DNA of 38,693 bases, taken from contig JACRCW010000078.1 of assembly GCA_016218805.1 (NCBI GenBank), forward strand, positions 1 through 38,693, given 5' to 3'. Source of the DNA: Deltaproteobacteria bacterium (lineage in GTDB: Bacteria > Myxococcota > JACRCW01). Shown piece after piece: positions 37,380 through 38,693 of the stretch (position 1 is the stretch's first letter; every line of letters starts with the position of its first letter). The notes beneath the pieces are model-generated. The model was not told the DNA's origin, did not search any database, and saw nothing but the letters and a program-made list of their open reading frames with translations. Position numbers and translations under genes: made by a program.

Positions 37380-37403
37380 GGCAACCCCCGAGGCAACCCC
37401 CGA
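37380..37403 (+). repeat. perfect 12-bp tandem repeat ending at the hrcA start
   Basis: GGCAACCCCCGA at 37380-37391 and 37392-37403; last A is the A of ATG. Confidence 0.8.
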
Positions 37404-38458
37404 TGACGGGCGAAATCACTCTGAATGACCGCGAGCAGTTCATCCTCACCGCCGTCATTGAGGACTACATCGCCACGGCGGAGCCGGTGGGCAGCCGCAC
37501 CCTCACCAAGCGCCCTGACGTGGCGGTGTCCGCGGCCACCATCCGCAACATCATGGCGGACCTGGAGGAGATGGGCCTGTTGACGCAACCGCACACCTCG
37601 GCGGGGCGGGTGCCCACAGAGCGCGCGTTCCGCTTCTACGTGGACACGCTGGTCACGCTCCGCCGCCCCACCGTGCGCGAACGCGACCAGCTGGAACACC
37701 CCGTGAAGACCGCGGGCGACGTGCAGCAGGCCACCGAGCTGGCCACGCGGCACCTGAGCTCGCTGAGCCACCTGACGGGGGTGATGCTGGCGCCGCGTCC
37801 CTCGGGCCTGCGGTTGCACCACGTGGAGTTCATCCGCCTCCCGGATGAGCGCATCCTGGTGATTGTGGTGGATACGTCCGGCCAGGTGCACAACAAGATC
37901 CTGGTGCCGGAGCAGGGCCGCCCGCTGGACCAGCGGCAGCTGGAGGAGCTGGCCGGCCCGCTCAATGAGCACTGCCGCGGCCTGACGCTGGATGAGGCGC
38001 GCGTGCGCATTCTCGACGAGATGCGGCAGACCGGTGCGGCCATGAGCCAGCTGGTGGCACAGGTGCTGGACCTGGCGGGCCGGGCGGCAAGCCCGGCGGG
38101 GCGCAGCGCCGGGGACGTGTTCCTGGCGGGTGAGACGCGCGTGCTGGACAGCCCGGAGTTTGCGGGGGCGGACCGGATGCGGTCACTGCTGCGGGCGTTT
38201 GAGGAGCGGCAGGGCATCATCAGCCTGCTGGACCGCATCCAGGCGGCGGAGGAGGTGCGCGTGTTCATTGGCGAGGAGACGCGCTACCGCGAGATGGCCC
38301 AATGTGCCGTGGTGGCGGCGCCCTACGGCGGGGCAGGCACGCCGCTGGGGTGCATTGGCGTTATTGGCCCCATGCGGATGGACTACGCGCGCGTGGTGCC
38401 GCTGGTGGAACTCACCGCGCAGGCGCTGACCCGCTTCCTGAGCCCGGATCGCCGCTGA
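37403..38458 (+). CDS. hrcA: heat-inducible transcription repressor HrcA
   Basis: YIATAEPVGSR, SAATIRNIMADLEEMG, PHTSAGRVPT, GVIGPMRMDY. Confidence 0.97.
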   Translation: MTGEITLNDREQFILTAVIEDYIATAEPVGSRTLTKRPDVAVSAATIRNIMADLEEMGLLTQPHTSAGRVPTERAFRFYVDTLVTLRRPTVRERDQLEHPVKTAGDVQQATELATRHLSSLSHLTGVMLAPRPSGLRLHHVEFIRLPDERILVIVVDTSGQVHNKILVPEQGRPLDQRQLEELAGPLNEHCRGLTLDEARVRILDEMRQTGAAMSQLVAQVLDLAGRAASPAGRSAGDVFLAGETRVLDSPEFAGADRMRSLLRAFEERQGIISLLDRIQAAEEVRVFIGEETRYREMAQCAVVAAPYGGAGTPLGCIGVIGPMRMDYARVVPLVELTAQALTRFLSPDRR

Positions 38459-38559
38459 GGGGGGATCTGCTCCCGGCCACGCTTGTGGATCTGCGCGGCA
38501 GAATTCTGGCTTGATTTTACGTCGCTATTCGGGCGCTTGGGATCACGCCGCAAAACTGC

Positions 38560-38588
38560 TTGACGCATCCACCTGGTGCATGTAGAAG
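38560..38588 (+). promoter_or_regulatory. candidate sigma70-type promoter
   Basis: TTGACG (38560-38565), 17 nt spacer, TAGAAG (38583-38588); imperfect -10. Confidence 0.4.
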
Positions 38589-38693
38589 GCGCCCCCCACC
38601 TCGTAGAACCTGCTGGTTCTGGGAGGGGGGACGCCGGAAGCGGCGGGTTCCGTGGTCTTTGGCAGCTGCACAGGGAAGGAAGGCAGAGACAGC

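Noticed and set aside
38620..38693. SRP RNA or other known ncRNA
   Set aside because: GCCGGAAG is present but the conserved SRP domain IV context is not.

Overview
Very GC-rich bacterial DNA; gene content (CarD/CdnL, DUF4388-like/TPR protein, Cys-rich lipoproteins) suggests a Myxococcota-like organism (inference). Most of the window is housekeeping: der, a YihY-family gene, a GMC oxidoreductase pair, hisS, a TlpA-like thioredoxin, an amidohydrolase-rlmD-moaD/E cluster, an AmpG-like MFS gene, tRNA-Lys(CTT), an acyl-CoA dehydrogenase, a Xanthomonas-type arginine operon (argF'-argG-argE-argA/B-argC-argH), pirin, rluD, a NodU/CmcH carbamoyltransferase, carD/cdnL and hrcA. The unusual material is mostly in the first 2 kb and in intergenic DNA: (1) an array of 11 TGGG-anchored units at a strict 21-22 nt period (1584-1806) directly upstream of an orphan helical-protein gene that appears split by a 1-nt frameshift; (2) a 228-bp MITE with terminal inverted repeats and a perfect 9-bp target duplication (10697-10924) carrying an inverted pair of GTGG-footed REP-like palindromes, a second one-end-decayed copy at 451-668, and a solo REP of the same design at 20333-20359; (3) a lectin-like beta-propeller ORF running off the left edge, missed by the ORF track; (4) an ArgA/B protein whose kinase motifs look degenerate while the acetyltransferase domain looks intact. 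All product calls come from motif recognition by eye; no database search was run.
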